A DNA stretch of 64,000 bases from a virus. The first letter of the stretch is position 1, and each line of letters starts with the position of its first letter. The translations under genes and the position numbers were made by a program. The stretch is from positions 41,665-105,664 of the IMG/VR virus record IMGVR_UViG_3300032322_001517; one strand, 5' to 3'. The notes beneath the pieces were generated by a model. The model had not been told where the DNA came from, did no database searches, and saw only the letters and a list, made by a program, of their open reading frames with translations. Shown piece after piece: positions 45,860 through 57,400 of the stretch.

Positions 45860-48800
45860 TCAATTTACTCCTTTGAGACTATTTATCTCTTTGGTTAGAG
45901 ATTGTATTTGAGTTTGCTGTTCTTTGATAGCTTCTATAAGCAACGGTATAAGTTTTTCATATTGTACCGTCTTATAGTTTTCACCGGAAATAGAAACTTC
46001 CTGACCATCAACATATTTTGTGTCAAACGGTGCGCTCTTGACAATTTGAGGCAACACAGATTCGACTTCTTGTGCGATAACACCGACTTGCTCAGACTGA
46101 TCTTTATATCCATATTTTGCCGCTGTTTCGTTACTAGTATATAGTACACCAGACAACGACATAACTTTATCAAGAGCATTAGGGATAGTTGATTTAATAT
46201 CCTTTAGTCTTTTGTCTGAAAAATATGCGGTAATATTATTTGTTGCACGAATTTCGCCAGTTGTACCAGAAGCTGCTGTTCCTACACCAAGAGTTGTAAT
46301 TTGTGCATTGTTTATAATAGATGTAGAAGCTGGGTCAACATAGAACGCTGTATTGTTGTTATCGTAGAATATATTCGCAAACAAGTTCGCCATATAAACG
46401 TCGCGATAATCTGTACTTGTAACCGATTGCGCTCTAATTCTGATGTGACCATCAGAATACATTTTAATAGCAGCAGCTGCGATGTTACTCCAATGGAAGT
46501 ATATACTAGGAGCATAATCTGAGCCTGTTTGAGTGTTTGTTACTCCATTGACTTCGCGAATTTCTATAGAGTCATTCCAAACATCGTTCGTCACAGTCAA
46601 AGGAAAAATTCTTGTGTGTCTTAGAAGAGATGTTCCGTTAGGATTAAGATAATACCCAGTATCATTAGAATCATAGAAGATAGGAGCTCTAAAATCTGAT
46701 ATAGCAGTACCAGTTCTACCAATAACACAATCATTATTAGTAAGATTTACGTAAAATGGCCATTGACCGTCAACTTGAGTCCATGATGTGCTGTCGTTTC
46801 CACCACGGAGAATATAGAACAGATTGCTATTCACGTGAATCATAGCAGAGTTATGATCCGTATCTCTAAAGTAAATTGTTGGCGAAGAACTTCTCATAAC
46901 CATAGCACCAGCAGACCAATATGCATTGGTATCTGAAGAACTATAGAAGAATGGTGCACGATACGAAACAGCAGCGTCAACGTTACCGCTAGTATCAATG
47001 TTAAAGCGATTTGAAGCAGCAACCGAAGAGTATATTGAAAAGTTTTTGGTCCCGTTGCCATTCGAATCTTGAAGAACTAGCCAATTATCCAACGACAAAG
47101 CTGCTCTTCTAGAAGATGCATGTGTGCTAGGCGCGATATTGAGTGCTGTTGTAAACTGTCCCGATCCTGTCGCTACAGTATATGGGTTCAGAGTGTTTAG
47201 TACGCTAGTGCCAGCGGGATCAACGTAATATGCTGTATTATTTGTATCGTAAAATATAGGTGATCTAATAGAAGTCCCATTGAATAAAAATGCACCCGCT
47301 CTATTGATTGATAACGCAGTTCCTATATATGAACCAGCATCATTAAAAGTATTGATAAAGAAGTCAGAACCAGCACTTGACCCAGATTCAGCAACGTTAT
47401 CGATGCCCATATCAAATCTATTAGAACCAGAAGTACGCCAACTCATATATGAATAATTTCCAGCAGCTCTATCAAAACGAATAGCATCAGTGACATAGTC
47501 TAAAGTTATTCTATTCATCACAGACGTGCCAGCCGGATTTGTATAATATGCTGTATTGTCTGAGTCGTAGTATATTGGACCTCTGTAATCAGTATTGGTA
47601 ACAACCGAACCATATAGTCTAACAATACGACCAGTAGCAGCCGCAGTTTGTGTGCCAACGATATTCAATCCGGTGGCAAATAAACCTGCACCTATTTTAC
47701 CATCATTAACATCTGTTTGGTTAGCAGAACCAAATCTAATAAAAATACTTTCAGTTATATCTTTACTGGCATCTGTTCTTAAATAATTAGCTGCTGCAAT
47801 ACCACCGAGATTGTTAGCGTTATTAGATGTCAAAGTAGCTACATTCGCGGAAAGAGTGGAGTTTAACTGATAAGATGCGCCTTGTACTCCATCAAGAGTA
47901 TCAGCATCTAGTCCAGAGCCAGCGCCATCGTTACCTGCGTGCCAAACTTTATTTTTAACAGCGCCATAAGACCAACCACCAACAAACAAATCATTCGTTG
48001 TGCCATCTATACCAAAATGACCAGCAAAATCACCATTAATATGAAAGGTCATGAAAGCGTCAGCACCAGCTGTTGACTGATACACCTGAAGACCGTTAAC
48101 GTTTCCTGTATTAGAACCTAAGATACCAGCATCATTTCTAAATTCAGCAACACCTCCACTAAAAGTATCACCGGTGTCTGATCTAAAATAAGAAGCTGCC
48201 GCAGTGCCACCAAGGAAAGAAGCATTGTTAGCAGATATCGTGCCAATATATGTTGCATTAACAAACACACCAGTAGCATTAGCGACGATGCCAGTGTTAG
48301 CTAACACGGAAACGGTGCCTGTAGTGGTAATAGTTCCACCAGTCATACCGTTGCCAGTAGCAACAGATGTTACTGTACCGCCAGAGTTATCATCAGCAGC
48401 CCAATAAGTAGCAGTTCCGTTGCTATGTAATACGTGTCCAGCAGTTCCGAATGAACCGTTAGAAGATAGTCCTACAGATCCTAAAACAATGTTTCCTGAA
48501 AATGTAGTAATACCACCAATTGCAACATTACCAGATACGTTAGCAGTACCTGTAATATGTAATCTAGCGTTTGGTGATGAATTGCTGATACCAACATTAC
48601 CACCTGCATCAATCCTAATTCCTCTTGCTAAATCTGACCATTGACCAATAACTAAAGCGCCAGTGTTAGATGTGCCGTCAGAGTAAATAAATGCATGATC
48701 ATTGTTTGCGACCATAGGATTATATGCACCAGCACTTTGGCGAGAATTCAATTGATACCAATAAGAACCTTCAGTCGCCCAAATCTCGCCACCAATAGTT

Positions 48801-51673
48801 TGTCCTGATGATCTTTGTATTTGTAATTTAGAGTTTGTTGGTGTAGAAGTTCCAATACCAAAATTTCTTGATGTATTAAAATATGATTCAAAGTCAGGTG
48901 TTCCACTGATACGAGTGGTAGCAACTCCGCCGTTTAGTAATTGAATAAGACCGCCATCGTTTGTAGTTGCATTCGATCCGAGAATTTCAACAGCATTTAC
49001 TGTACCATTATTTAAAGTAATACCTGTATATTGTGTATTAGTAGAAACAGTAAATCTAGAAGATGGACTAGATGTTCCTATACCTACAGCACCAGTACTA
49101 GTGATGCGCATGCGCTCCTGAAGCGAACCCGCACTGTCTGACGTGTTAAGGATCAAGAACCCACCGTTTCCGGTGCCGTCCTGCTGTCCATAGATCTCCA
49201 CGCGTGATCTGCCGTTCGAGTAGAGATCTAAAACGGCGGTTGAGAAAGAAGACGTGTTCGGGTTGCTAATCCGCAGCCGTGCATCAGCAATGGTTGATCC
49301 CGCGCCAACTACTTCAAGTCTTCCGAACGGCGACGACGTTCCGATACCCACGTTGCCACCGCTCGTGATGCGCATACGCTCGTTTGAATTGGTCCAGAAC
49401 GTAGTGGCATTGTCACCCGTAAACCTAATCTGCTGCTGTCCTGCAGTTTCATCGACGTTTCTGCGAATGATAAGATCAGCAGTCGTCCAGTTTGTCGGAC
49501 TAGATGCGGTTCTAGAATATAAGAAATCTAATGCATCTCCATTGCCGGTGTTGTTGTAAGCTCTAAACAAGGAAGCACTGTTTCCAGATGTTGCCCCTAG
49601 TGCACTACCTTCAATCTGAAACTTGTATGGTGTCGCTGAACCACCGATAATCACGTTACCATTAGCAAGGAAATATGCTGCTGTACCAATTGTAGCTACA
49701 TTAGTAGTCGTTGTTAAATTAGCTGAAGTAAGAGCACCACCAATAACGACATTACCAGATATATTTGCTGTGCCAGTAACTGCTAATCTAGCGTTTGGAT
49801 TTGTGTTTCCAATACCAAAGTTACCACTATTTAATACAGTAGCATATTCGAAAAATGTATTCTGTGATGTATTTGATGCAGGATAAGCACCAATTCTTAC
49901 TGCAACTGTATCAGATCTTCTACCGTAAAGCGCCGTCGCCCAAGCTAAACTTTGGCCAGATCCTGTATCTCCATGATGTAGATCTACACCAAATGCGTTA
50001 TCTGTCCATAATTTTATACCAGCATTTCTAACGTTATTAGCAGTTGATGCACCATTTTGTAATAAAATATTACCTTGTACTTGTAGTTTTTCTGCAGGTG
50101 TTGTATTTCCAACACCAACATTTCCATTAGCAACAAAGTATGCAGCTGTGCCAACAGTGAATGTATTGGTTACTGAAGAATTGGCAAAAGTTGCAGAATT
50201 AGAAGAAATCGTATTAATATACGCAGCGTTTACATATATGCCCGTAACATTAGCTACAATGCCTGTGTTAGCATCAATAGTAGAAAGAACTTTTCTCCAA
50301 GAAGTGTTTCCTGCAGATCTTTCTCTAAACCAAAGTTGATTTATAGAAGTTCCTAAAAGGTCGAATCCTCTTGATGAAGTATCTCCAGCGCCCATGATAA
50401 AACGATAACCAAGACCACTTGCTGCTCCTGTTGGAACATTAGTAGAAGAGGCCATATTTACAAAGATAGTAGAATATAATTTTGGATACGTATCAAAATC
50501 ATGAACTTCATAATTTCTACCGCCTTGTTGATTGGCAGAAGATATTAAAGTTCCATCAGTATTAAATATAGTAGATCCTACACCTGCCCCACCAGAAATA
50601 GTTGAAAATGTAGCAGAATTAGAAGAAATCGTATTGATATACGCAGCATTAACAAACACACCAGTAGCATTAGCGACTATGCCAGTATTTGCAAGAACAG
50701 AAACAGTTCCGGTTGAAGTAATCGTTCCACCAGTCATACCGTTGCCAGTAGCAACAGATGTTACTGTTCCAACACCTGCTGACGACCAATAAACAGTTGT
50801 CCCGTTCGAAGTCAAAACTTGGCCAGATGTTCCAGGTCCACCATTAGCTATTATCGCTGTTGTGGTACCAAATCTAACGTTTCCGCCACTAAAATCTAAT
50901 GGTACAGAAAAATTTAAATTACTGCTAACACTATTTGCGAAAATAGAAAATACAGCTCTTTGCTGATTTACAGTATTTGTACTATAGAAAACAAAATTGT
51001 CATCGTTCTGTTGAACGAAAAATACGTTAGAACCACCAGCTAATGGCGCAAACGAAATACGTCTATTATTTGTTGATATGTTAAGATTGTCAGAAAACGT
51101 TGTTATACCGCCGATTACAACATTACCAGAAATATTTGCAGTTCCAGTAACCTGTAATCTAGCGTTTGGTGCTGTATTACCAATACCAACATTGCCTGAA
51201 GGTAAAATTCTCATATACTCGGTATATGTTGAACCGTCTGTGGTACTAATACCACCAAATGTATGACCTACAGTAGCATTAGCCGGTACGAAATATCTAA
51301 GCTCGTTGCTTTGAATACCAAATCCATAGCGCGTAGTCCCAGATTCCCACATTAACAATTTTTGCGCTGCAGTAACGTTACCTAGAGATAATAATGCTCT
51401 TGGCGAAGCTGTACTAATACCTAAATTGCCATTGGCAACAATATAAAAACTGTTGCCGACAGTTAAATTATTTGTTGAAATATTTTGCGTAGTATTATTA
51501 GAACCAATTTCAATTACAGCAGATCCATTAGACGAGTAAAGGATACCGTCGGCCATATTAAGCGCAAGTTCGCCAGCTGAAATGTATTGGGAATTAGTTG
51601 CGTACGAGCCAGTTGTGTTTGGTGTACGTCCAGATGTGCTGGTTCTTTTTAATATGATTCTATTATTAGCCAT
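45860..51673 (-). CDS. Long tail fibre protein with C-terminal S74 chaperone
   Basis: N-terminal RIILKR...GELALN; repeated GNVGIG..P and FYD.NNTAYYVDP modules; FSDKRLK...LIEAIKE. Confidence 0.9.
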   Translation of the reverse strand: MANNRIILKRTSTSGRTPNTTGSYATNSQYISAGELALNMADGILYSSNGSAVIEIGSNNTTQNISTNNLTVGNSFYIVANGNLGISTASPRALLSLGNVTAAQKLLMWESGTTRYGFGIQSNELRYFVPANATVGHTFGGISTTDGSTYTEYMRILPSGNVGIGNTAPNARLQVTGTANISGNVVIGGITTFSDNLNISTNNRRISFAPLAGGSNVFFVQQNDDNFVFYSTNTVNQQRAVFSIFANSVSSNLNFSVPLDFSGGNVRFGTTTAIIANGGPGTSGQVLTSNGTTVYWSSAGVGTVTSVATGNGMTGGTITSTGTVSVLANTGIVANATGVFVNAAYINTISSNSATFSTISGGAGVGSTIFNTDGTLISSANQQGGRNYEVHDFDTYPKLYSTIFVNMASSTNVPTGAASGLGYRFIMGAGDTSSRGFDLLGTSINQLWFRERSAGNTSWRKVLSTIDANTGIVANVTGIYVNAAYINTISSNSATFANSSVTNTFTVGTAAYFVANGNVGVGNTTPAEKLQVQGNILLQNGASTANNVRNAGIKLWTDNAFGVDLHHGDTGSGQSLAWATALYGRRSDTVAVRIGAYPASNTSQNTFFEYATVLNSGNFGIGNTNPNARLAVTGTANISGNVVIGGALTSANLTTTTNVATIGTAAYFLANGNVIIGGSATPYKFQIEGSALGATSGNSASLFRAYNNTGNGDALDFLYSRTASSPTNWTTADLIIRRNVDETAGQQQIRFTGDNATTFWTNSNERMRITSGGNVGIGTSSPFGRLEVVGAGSTIADARLRISNPNTSSFSTAVLDLYSNGRSRVEIYGQQDGTGNGGFLILNTSDSAGSLQERMRITSTGAVGIGTSSPSSRFTVSTNTQYTGITLNNGTVNAVEILGSNATTNDGGLIQLLNGGVATTRISGTPDFESYFNTSRNFGIGTSTPTNSKLQIQRSSGQTIGGEIWATEGSYWYQLNSRQSAGAYNPMVANNDHAFIYSDGTSNTGALVIGQWSDLARGIRIDAGGNVGISNSSPNARLHITGTANVSGNVAIGGITTFSGNIVLGSVGLSSNGSFGTAGHVLHSNGTATYWAADDNSGGTVTSVATGNGMTGGTITTTGTVSVLANTGIVANATGVFVNATYIGTISANNASFLGGTAAASYFRSDTGDTFSGGVAEFRNDAGILGSNTGNVNGLQVYQSTAGADAFMTFHINGDFAGHFGIDGTTNDLFVGGWSYGAVKNKVWHAGNDGAGSGLDADTLDGVQGASYQLNSTLSANVATLTSNNANNLGGIAAANYLRTDASKDITESIFIRFGSANQTDVNDGKIGAGLFATGLNIVGTQTAAATGRIVRLYGSVVTNTDYRGPIYYDSDNTAYYTNPAGTSVMNRITLDYVTDAIRFDRAAGNYSYMSWRTSGSNRFDMGIDNVAESGSSAGSDFFINTFNDAGSYIGTALSINRAGAFLFNGTSIRSPIFYDTNNTAYYVDPAGTSVLNTLNPYTVATGSGQFTTALNIAPSTHASSRRAALSLDNWLVLQDSNGNGTKNFSIYSSVAASNRFNIDTSGNVDAAVSYRAPFFYSSSDTNAYWSAGAMVMRSSSPTIYFRDTDHNSAMIHVNSNLFYILRGGNDSTSWTQVDGQWPFYVNLTNNDCVIGRTGTAISDFRAPIFYDSNDTGYYLNPNGTSLLRHTRIFPLTVTNDVWNDSIEIREVNGVTNTQTGSDYAPSIYFHWSNIAAAAIKMYSDGHIRIRAQSVTSTDYRDVYMANLFANIFYDNNNTAFYVDPASTSIINNAQITTLGVGTAASGTTGEIRATNNITAYFSDKRLKDIKSTIPNALDKVMSLSGVLYTSNETAAKYGYKDQSEQVGVIAQEVESVLPQIVKSAPFDTKYVDGQEVSISGENYKTVQYEKLIPLLIEAIKEQQTQIQSLTKEINSLKGVN

Positions 51674-51707
51674 ATGGCATCCTCGTCAAACGCCTATCTA
51701 GGCGAGG

Positions 51708-51914
51708 TTAAAAATCAGAAGTAGGAACTTCCTTTAATTTCTTTTTATTTAGTTTTTCAACTTGCTGTTCTAATTGAGATATTTTATTTTGAAATTCAGT
51801 GTTCATTCTTTCAGTGTATCTCAATTGGGTTTCAACAAGGAGCCGATTTTTAGTCAGCTCCGAAATTTCTTGTAACAATCTTTCAATATACATATTGACT
51901 ATTTCAGGATTCAT
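51708..51914 (-). CDS. Small coiled-coil protein
   Basis: ORF between fibre genes. Confidence 0.7.
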   Translation of the reverse strand: MNPEIVNMYIERLLQEISELTKNRLLVETQLRYTERMNTEFQNKISQLEQQVEKLNKKKLKEVPTSDF

Positions 51915-51944
51915 AGTATAATCACCTATGTGCTAATGATGATA

Positions 51945-53768
51945 TTAGAACGTTCCACCATCGAGTGTATCATAAACAAGAGCAGTACCATTCGACTGAA
52001 GAACATATCCAGAAATACCCAATGCTAATCCAGTAACACCACCAGTGCTATTAGTAAATAGAACATCTTGATTACTTCTACCAGATAAAGTAAGAACGTT
52101 AGCTGAAATACTGACACCAACTGTTGAGTTAGCAGTAATAGCAACGTTAGTAGCATTAGTTACCAAACCACCAGACAACAAATATGTTGTAAGATTAGCC
52201 AATGAAAACGAAGGATCGGTAACTATAATTTGGTTATTTTCAACTCTGGCTTCATCGCCATATGTCGAAAATAGATAATAATTCTTATTTGAAGGTTCGC
52301 GGACCAAACCAGTGTGGTTAGTAGCATTACCAAAACCATTATAGTGACCAGCGAAACCGATATAAAGCGTATCACTAGTGGTGTTATTAACGGCGAGCTT
52401 GATTAATGGGTCTGTTACCGAAAGAGAAGAAACGTTAACAGTAGTTACGTTACCAGCAACAGTAAGATCGCCGCCGATAGAAACGTTGCCGCTGATTGTA
52501 GCGAAGTTAGAAAAAATATTGTTAGAGTGAACGTTATTCCATCTTAGTGCTGCTGTACCTAAATCGTAAGTTAAATTAGCAGATGGAACTATGTTAGTGT
52601 TTACTCTAGCAGTAATAGAAACTATATCTGTAGTATTATCGCCAAGAGCAGTATTTCCAAATACAGTAAGTAATGTAGTAAATACGTTAGCGAATGTTAC
52701 ATTACTTGTTGTAGAAACTGGCTGACCGATGAAGATACCAGTTGAGTTAGCAACAACACCAGTGTTAGCAAGAACCGAAACAGTAACAGCAGCAGTTTCA
52801 GAACCGCTACCTGCAACAACTATACCATTACCAGCTGCTACAGTAGCAACATAGTTACCAGATGTTTGAGTGCCAAGAGCAACATCGCCTGTTAACTGAG
52901 AGGTAGCAATTGAGAATGTTGCAGCGTTAACAAATACACCAGATGTGTTAGAAATAACACCAGAGTTACCAGCAAGAACGTTAACGCCATCTGCAGTTAC
53001 TGAAATACCATTAGCGCCATCAACATACACACCAGTTGCGTTGGCAATAATACCGTTGTTGGCAAGAACAGAAACAGTTCCTGTATTAGTAATGGTACCA
53101 CCGGTCATACCATTGCCAGTTGCGAGAGATGTTATACCATCGTCAGCTGCCCAATATACAGTAGTTCCATTTGAGTGGAGAGTTTGACCTGCAGTACCGA
53201 TACCACCGTTAGCCTGTAAGCCGACTGCAGTACCAATAACTAATCTGCTGCTGTTGGCTATTACTGAAGGACCTACTTGAATAGTAGTAGCGTTAACTGT
53301 AGCGCCAGAAAAAATTGATCCAACTACTGTTAACGTGTCAGTAGTTTTATTGTAGGTTAAACCAGCATCAGCGCCTAGAGAGCCGCCGTCATTAAACTGT
53401 ACTTGTGTATCAGAACCAACAACGCTTGGAGCAGGAGTGTTCCAATATACTACAGAGCCATTAGAAGTAAGTAATTGACCTGCAGTGCCAGCAGCTCCGT
53501 TAGCCCAAATTGTCGTAGGAACAAGATTAGCTACTATAACTTTATCAATACCAGAGGTAGAGTTAGCAACCAGCGATTGGTTAGCTGTTAGAATACCAGG
53601 ACTTCTTGCACCACCAATGGAAATAACGTTAGCAGAGTTAGCAGGGTCACCAATCGCAAGAATATAACCATTCGATGTAAATACTAACTCGCCAGCATTA
53701 ACCGAAGGAGTAGTATTCGTAATCGCTGTGGTTGTACTTCTTTTAATTTGAATTCTGTTATTAGCCAT
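51945..53768 (-). CDS. Tail fibre / structural protein
   Basis: N-terminal RIQIKRS...GEL, GSDTQVQFND module, C-terminal LDGGTF. Confidence 0.8.
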   Translation of the reverse strand: MANNRIQIKRSTTTAITNTTPSVNAGELVFTSNGYILAIGDPANSANVISIGGARSPGILTANQSLVANSTSGIDKVIVANLVPTTIWANGAAGTAGQLLTSNGSVVYWNTPAPSVVGSDTQVQFNDGGSLGADAGLTYNKTTDTLTVVGSIFSGATVNATTIQVGPSVIANSSRLVIGTAVGLQANGGIGTAGQTLHSNGTTVYWAADDGITSLATGNGMTGGTITNTGTVSVLANNGIIANATGVYVDGANGISVTADGVNVLAGNSGVISNTSGVFVNAATFSIATSQLTGDVALGTQTSGNYVATVAAGNGIVVAGSGSETAAVTVSVLANTGVVANSTGIFIGQPVSTTSNVTFANVFTTLLTVFGNTALGDNTTDIVSITARVNTNIVPSANLTYDLGTAALRWNNVHSNNIFSNFATISGNVSIGGDLTVAGNVTTVNVSSLSVTDPLIKLAVNNTTSDTLYIGFAGHYNGFGNATNHTGLVREPSNKNYYLFSTYGDEARVENNQIIVTDPSFSLANLTTYLLSGGLVTNATNVAITANSTVGVSISANVLTLSGRSNQDVLFTNSTGGVTGLALGISGYVLQSNGTALVYDTLDGGTF

Positions 53769-53796
53769 TTAAGATGGTCTCCTTGATTTTTATAAT

Positions 53797-53804
53797 TATT
53801 TATA
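53797..53804 (-). promoter_or_regulatory. Late promoter TATAAATA
   Basis: Upstream of the 607-aa gene. Confidence 0.7.
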
Positions 53805-53808
53805 AAAT

Positions 53809-54078
53809 TTAAAACGTACCACCGTCTAAATCGCCAATTACATTAGATATGTCAAGTTTTTGTACTATGTATTTGTCAGTCGAAGCGTCATAAACTAAAG
53901 TCGCTCCATTAGATTCGTTATTCGCAACCACATCAGTCAATTTATCAAGTCTAGAGATACCTGAAGTTATTGAAGGGTTATTTTTTATAGTTACTGGAAC
54001 CGAGGTATCAATTATTCCAGCTGTAGCGTTTGCAGAAACTTGTACATTTCTTTTTCTTGCTACTACTACGTTAGTCAT
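53809..54078 (-). CDS. Small structural protein ending in LDGGTF
   Basis: L.DV......GATLVY motif of fibre-linker proteins. Confidence 0.7.
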   Translation of the reverse strand: MTNVVVARKRNVQVSANATAGIIDTSVPVTIKNNPSITSGISRLDKLTDVVANNESNGATLVYDASTDKYIVQKLDISNVIGDLDGGTF

Positions 54079-54408
54079 TTATCTTGTTACCTGTGGAGTT
54101 ACTGTAACTATACCCTCTACTATTCTAGATACTTCAGAACCATCGTTTATTTCTACGTCATAAACATATCTTCCAGCAACCAAATTAGATGTTTGGTTCG
54201 GAGTTAAACTTAAAGTTATAACTCCTGATTGAACATTTATAGAAGTTGCAAAAGTAGCAGCTGGGTTGGCGGAAGTATACCATTTTCTCATTTGAGAATT
54301 GGCTGTATAACCAAACAATACTATAGGATCGCCATTTTCATCAGTAAGCGTCAAATCAGTAGAAAACGTAGAACCTTGATCTATTACCAGATTAGATTTA
54401 GTGGCCAT
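54079..54408 (-). CDS. Structural protein (BppU-N-like fold)
   Basis: NL.IDQGSTF, G.I.LSL...QT..L..GRYVYDVEI, RIVEG.V.V.P. Confidence 0.75.
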   Translation of the reverse strand: MATKSNLVIDQGSTFSTDLTLTDENGDPIVLFGYTANSQMRKWYTSANPAATFATSINVQSGVITLSLTPNQTSNLVAGRYVYDVEINDGSEVSRIVEGIVTVTPQVTR

Positions 54409-54409
54409 T

Positions 54410-57400
54410 TTACACCGTAATTAAAACTTTATGTACCTTTACGGATACAGTAGAAGTTGTTGGAGTTCCGAGTAAGTTTATATTACCACCACTTATAGTT
54501 GTTCTAAAAGCGCACAAAGTATTGTTAGTTGATATAGAACCAAACTGAGTTGAGTATGGTTCTGTTCCATTGTGAACAACCAAAATTCTAGCTATGCTGT
54601 AACTGTTTGTAGCAGTATCAGTCATTTGAATAGAATAGTCAGCTGATCTATATGTTGAAACTGAGAACGTGTCAACAGTAGTTTCTGCAGTTGATGAGAA
54701 ACTGAAAGAAGAAGTTACGCTATGAGAAACAGAGTTTAGAGTTACAGTATTAGATATCAAGCCTCTTGTAGCAATAAAATTATTAGCTACTGTTGCATTG
54801 TTAGATGATTTGTTGTAAACAAATCCTGCAGCAGCGCCAAGAACACCAGCATCATTAAATTGGACTTGCGTATCAGAACCAGCAACTACAACAGCTGTAG
54901 ATAAGAAACTACTGTCTGGGAATACTATTCCAGAACCAACCGTAGTAATAGCAACGTTGCCACCTGAAATTGATAGCTTGCTTCCAGGATTAGTATTTGA
55001 AACACCAACTCTAGAGTTGGTAGCATCTACGAACAAGATACCAGAGTTAAAATTAGTGTTTCCGGTAGCTACTGATATTCCTGTAGTAAATGTTCCAGAA
55101 TTAGCGAAAAGTTGCCATCTATTAGTAGTATTACCTAAATTAATACCGTTAGTAGAAGGAACTAGATCAGCGTCATAAAGAGTAGTACCAACAATTGTTT
55201 GATTACCAGAAACTAACAAACTTCCAGTAATAGAAGCATTGCCAGAAACTGTTAATATACCACCTACTGATGCATTTCCACTAGCAGAAAATACACCGTT
55301 AGTAGTTATAGATATAGAACTAATATTAGTGAAAACAGTAGAATTACCTACTCTAATAATTGTAGAATTAGCGAAAGTATTAACTGTAGTATTACCAATA
55401 GTAAGAGCAGCAGTCGTTAAATTAATATTGGCACCAACATTAAGAGCTACTGATGTATTGGTAGTACCTGTAATCGAAGCTCCACCAGAACCAGTAAACA
55501 AACCAGTTACACCAAGAGTATTGCTCAGTGTTACTGCTCCAGTAACACCTAAAGTATTAGAAAGCGTGGTTGCTCCAGTAACTGCCAGTGTTCCATTAGT
55601 AGAAACTGCAGCAGCAGAAATTACTGTATTAACTGTAGAGTTACCGATTCTAACTACTGTAGAATTAGCAAAAGTATTAACTGTAGTATTACCGACAGTT
55701 ATACTTGACGTAGTTAGATTAACGTTGGCGCCAACGTTTAATGCTACAGAAGTATTAGTTGTGCCAGTAATCAGAGCACCATCAGAAGCAGTAATAAGAC
55801 CGCTAACTCCGAGAGTGCTGTTTAAATTAGTAGCTCCTGTAACACCAAGAGTATTGCTTAGTGTAGTTGCGCCAGTAACTGATAGTGTGCCATTTGTAGA
55901 AATAGCAGTAGAATTGATAAACGAAAATACAGCATTTCCTACAGTTATACCTGATACAAGAACTGTTGTATTTGATACTGAATTTCCTACTCTTAAAGCT
56001 GATGTGTTTACTGAAGCATTCGCACCAACATTAATAATAGTAGCTACGTTTGCTGAAGCTGCTATGGTTAAATTGGCAGAGCCAGTGATATTACTGTCGA
56101 CCTGCAAAGTATTAGCAATAGTTACTGCGCCATTTACGCCGAAGGTGCTTGAAATATTCGCAATAGATAACTGTGTGTTACCAGTTACTGAAAGTGTATT
56201 GCTTAAAGTAGCTGCGCCTGTAACACCTAATGTATTAGAAAAAGTAGCAGCACCAGTAACACCGATTGTATTTGATAGAGTTACGGTTCCCGTAACACCT
56301 AATGTATTAGAAAAAGTAGCAGCGCCAGTAACACCAAGAGTATTGCTTAAAGTAGTTGCTCCAGTAACCGCCAGTGTTCCATTAGTAGAAACCGCTGCAG
56401 CAGAAATTACTGTATTAACTGTAGAATTGCCAGTTCTTATAATAGTAGAATTAGCAAATACACTAGAAATAGCATCGCCTAAAGATAAACTGCTAGTATT
56501 AATATTGAGATTAGCGCCAACATTAAGAGCTACTGATGTATTGGTAGTACCTGTAATCGAAGCTCCACCAGAACCAGTAATAAGTCCTGATACTAATAAT
56601 GTATTGGAAAAAGTAACAGAATTAAGTACTGCTAAAGTAGCATCAGTATCGATACTTGCGCCTGAAATTACTGTATTAACTGTAGAATTGCCAATTCTTA
56701 ATTGAGAAGAATTAGCATATGTGTTTACAGTAGTATTACCAATAGTAAAATCGGCAGTCGTTAAATTGATGTTAGCGCCAACATTGAGAGCTACAGAAGT
56801 ATTAGTAGTACCTGTAATAGTAGCGCCGCCAGAGCCAGTAAATAAACCAGTAACATTTAAAGTGTTACTAAATTGAGCATTACCAGTTACCGCTAGAGTA
56901 TTACTAAATTGAGCATTACCAGTTACAGCGACAGTATTGGAAAAGGTAGAATTACCAGTAACAGCAATCGTGTTACTAAATATCGCGTTTCCTGTTGTAA
57001 TTACTGAATTGCTAAAAGTAGCATTACCAGTTACTGTTAATCTAGCTGAAACTGTAGTATTACCTGTAGTTTCTACTAATCCATTTAATGTAGTATTAGC
57101 ATTAGTTGTAAAATTAGTGCCAGAAATAGTAACATTTGAATATATGTTAGTAGTTGTTGCATTAGCAGTAATAGTAAGAGCGTTACCATTGGCTACAAAC
57201 ATAGTATAGCTACTGTTAGCTTTTAGTGAAGTATTTCCTGTTAGGAAAGAGCTACCAGCGTTTACTGTTAATACAGAGGATACTATATTAGTATTAGTAG
57301 ATAAAATGCTAAAATTATTAACATTGAAATAAGAATTAGATGTAGTATTTACCGATAAATTATCGACTATAAAATTTACATTAGTAGATGTAGTGTTACC

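Noticed and set aside
55239-56705. 488-aa plus-strand ORF
   Set aside because: Antisense shadow of the repetitive Thr/Asn/Val-rich fibre gene; no RBS context or recognisable domain.
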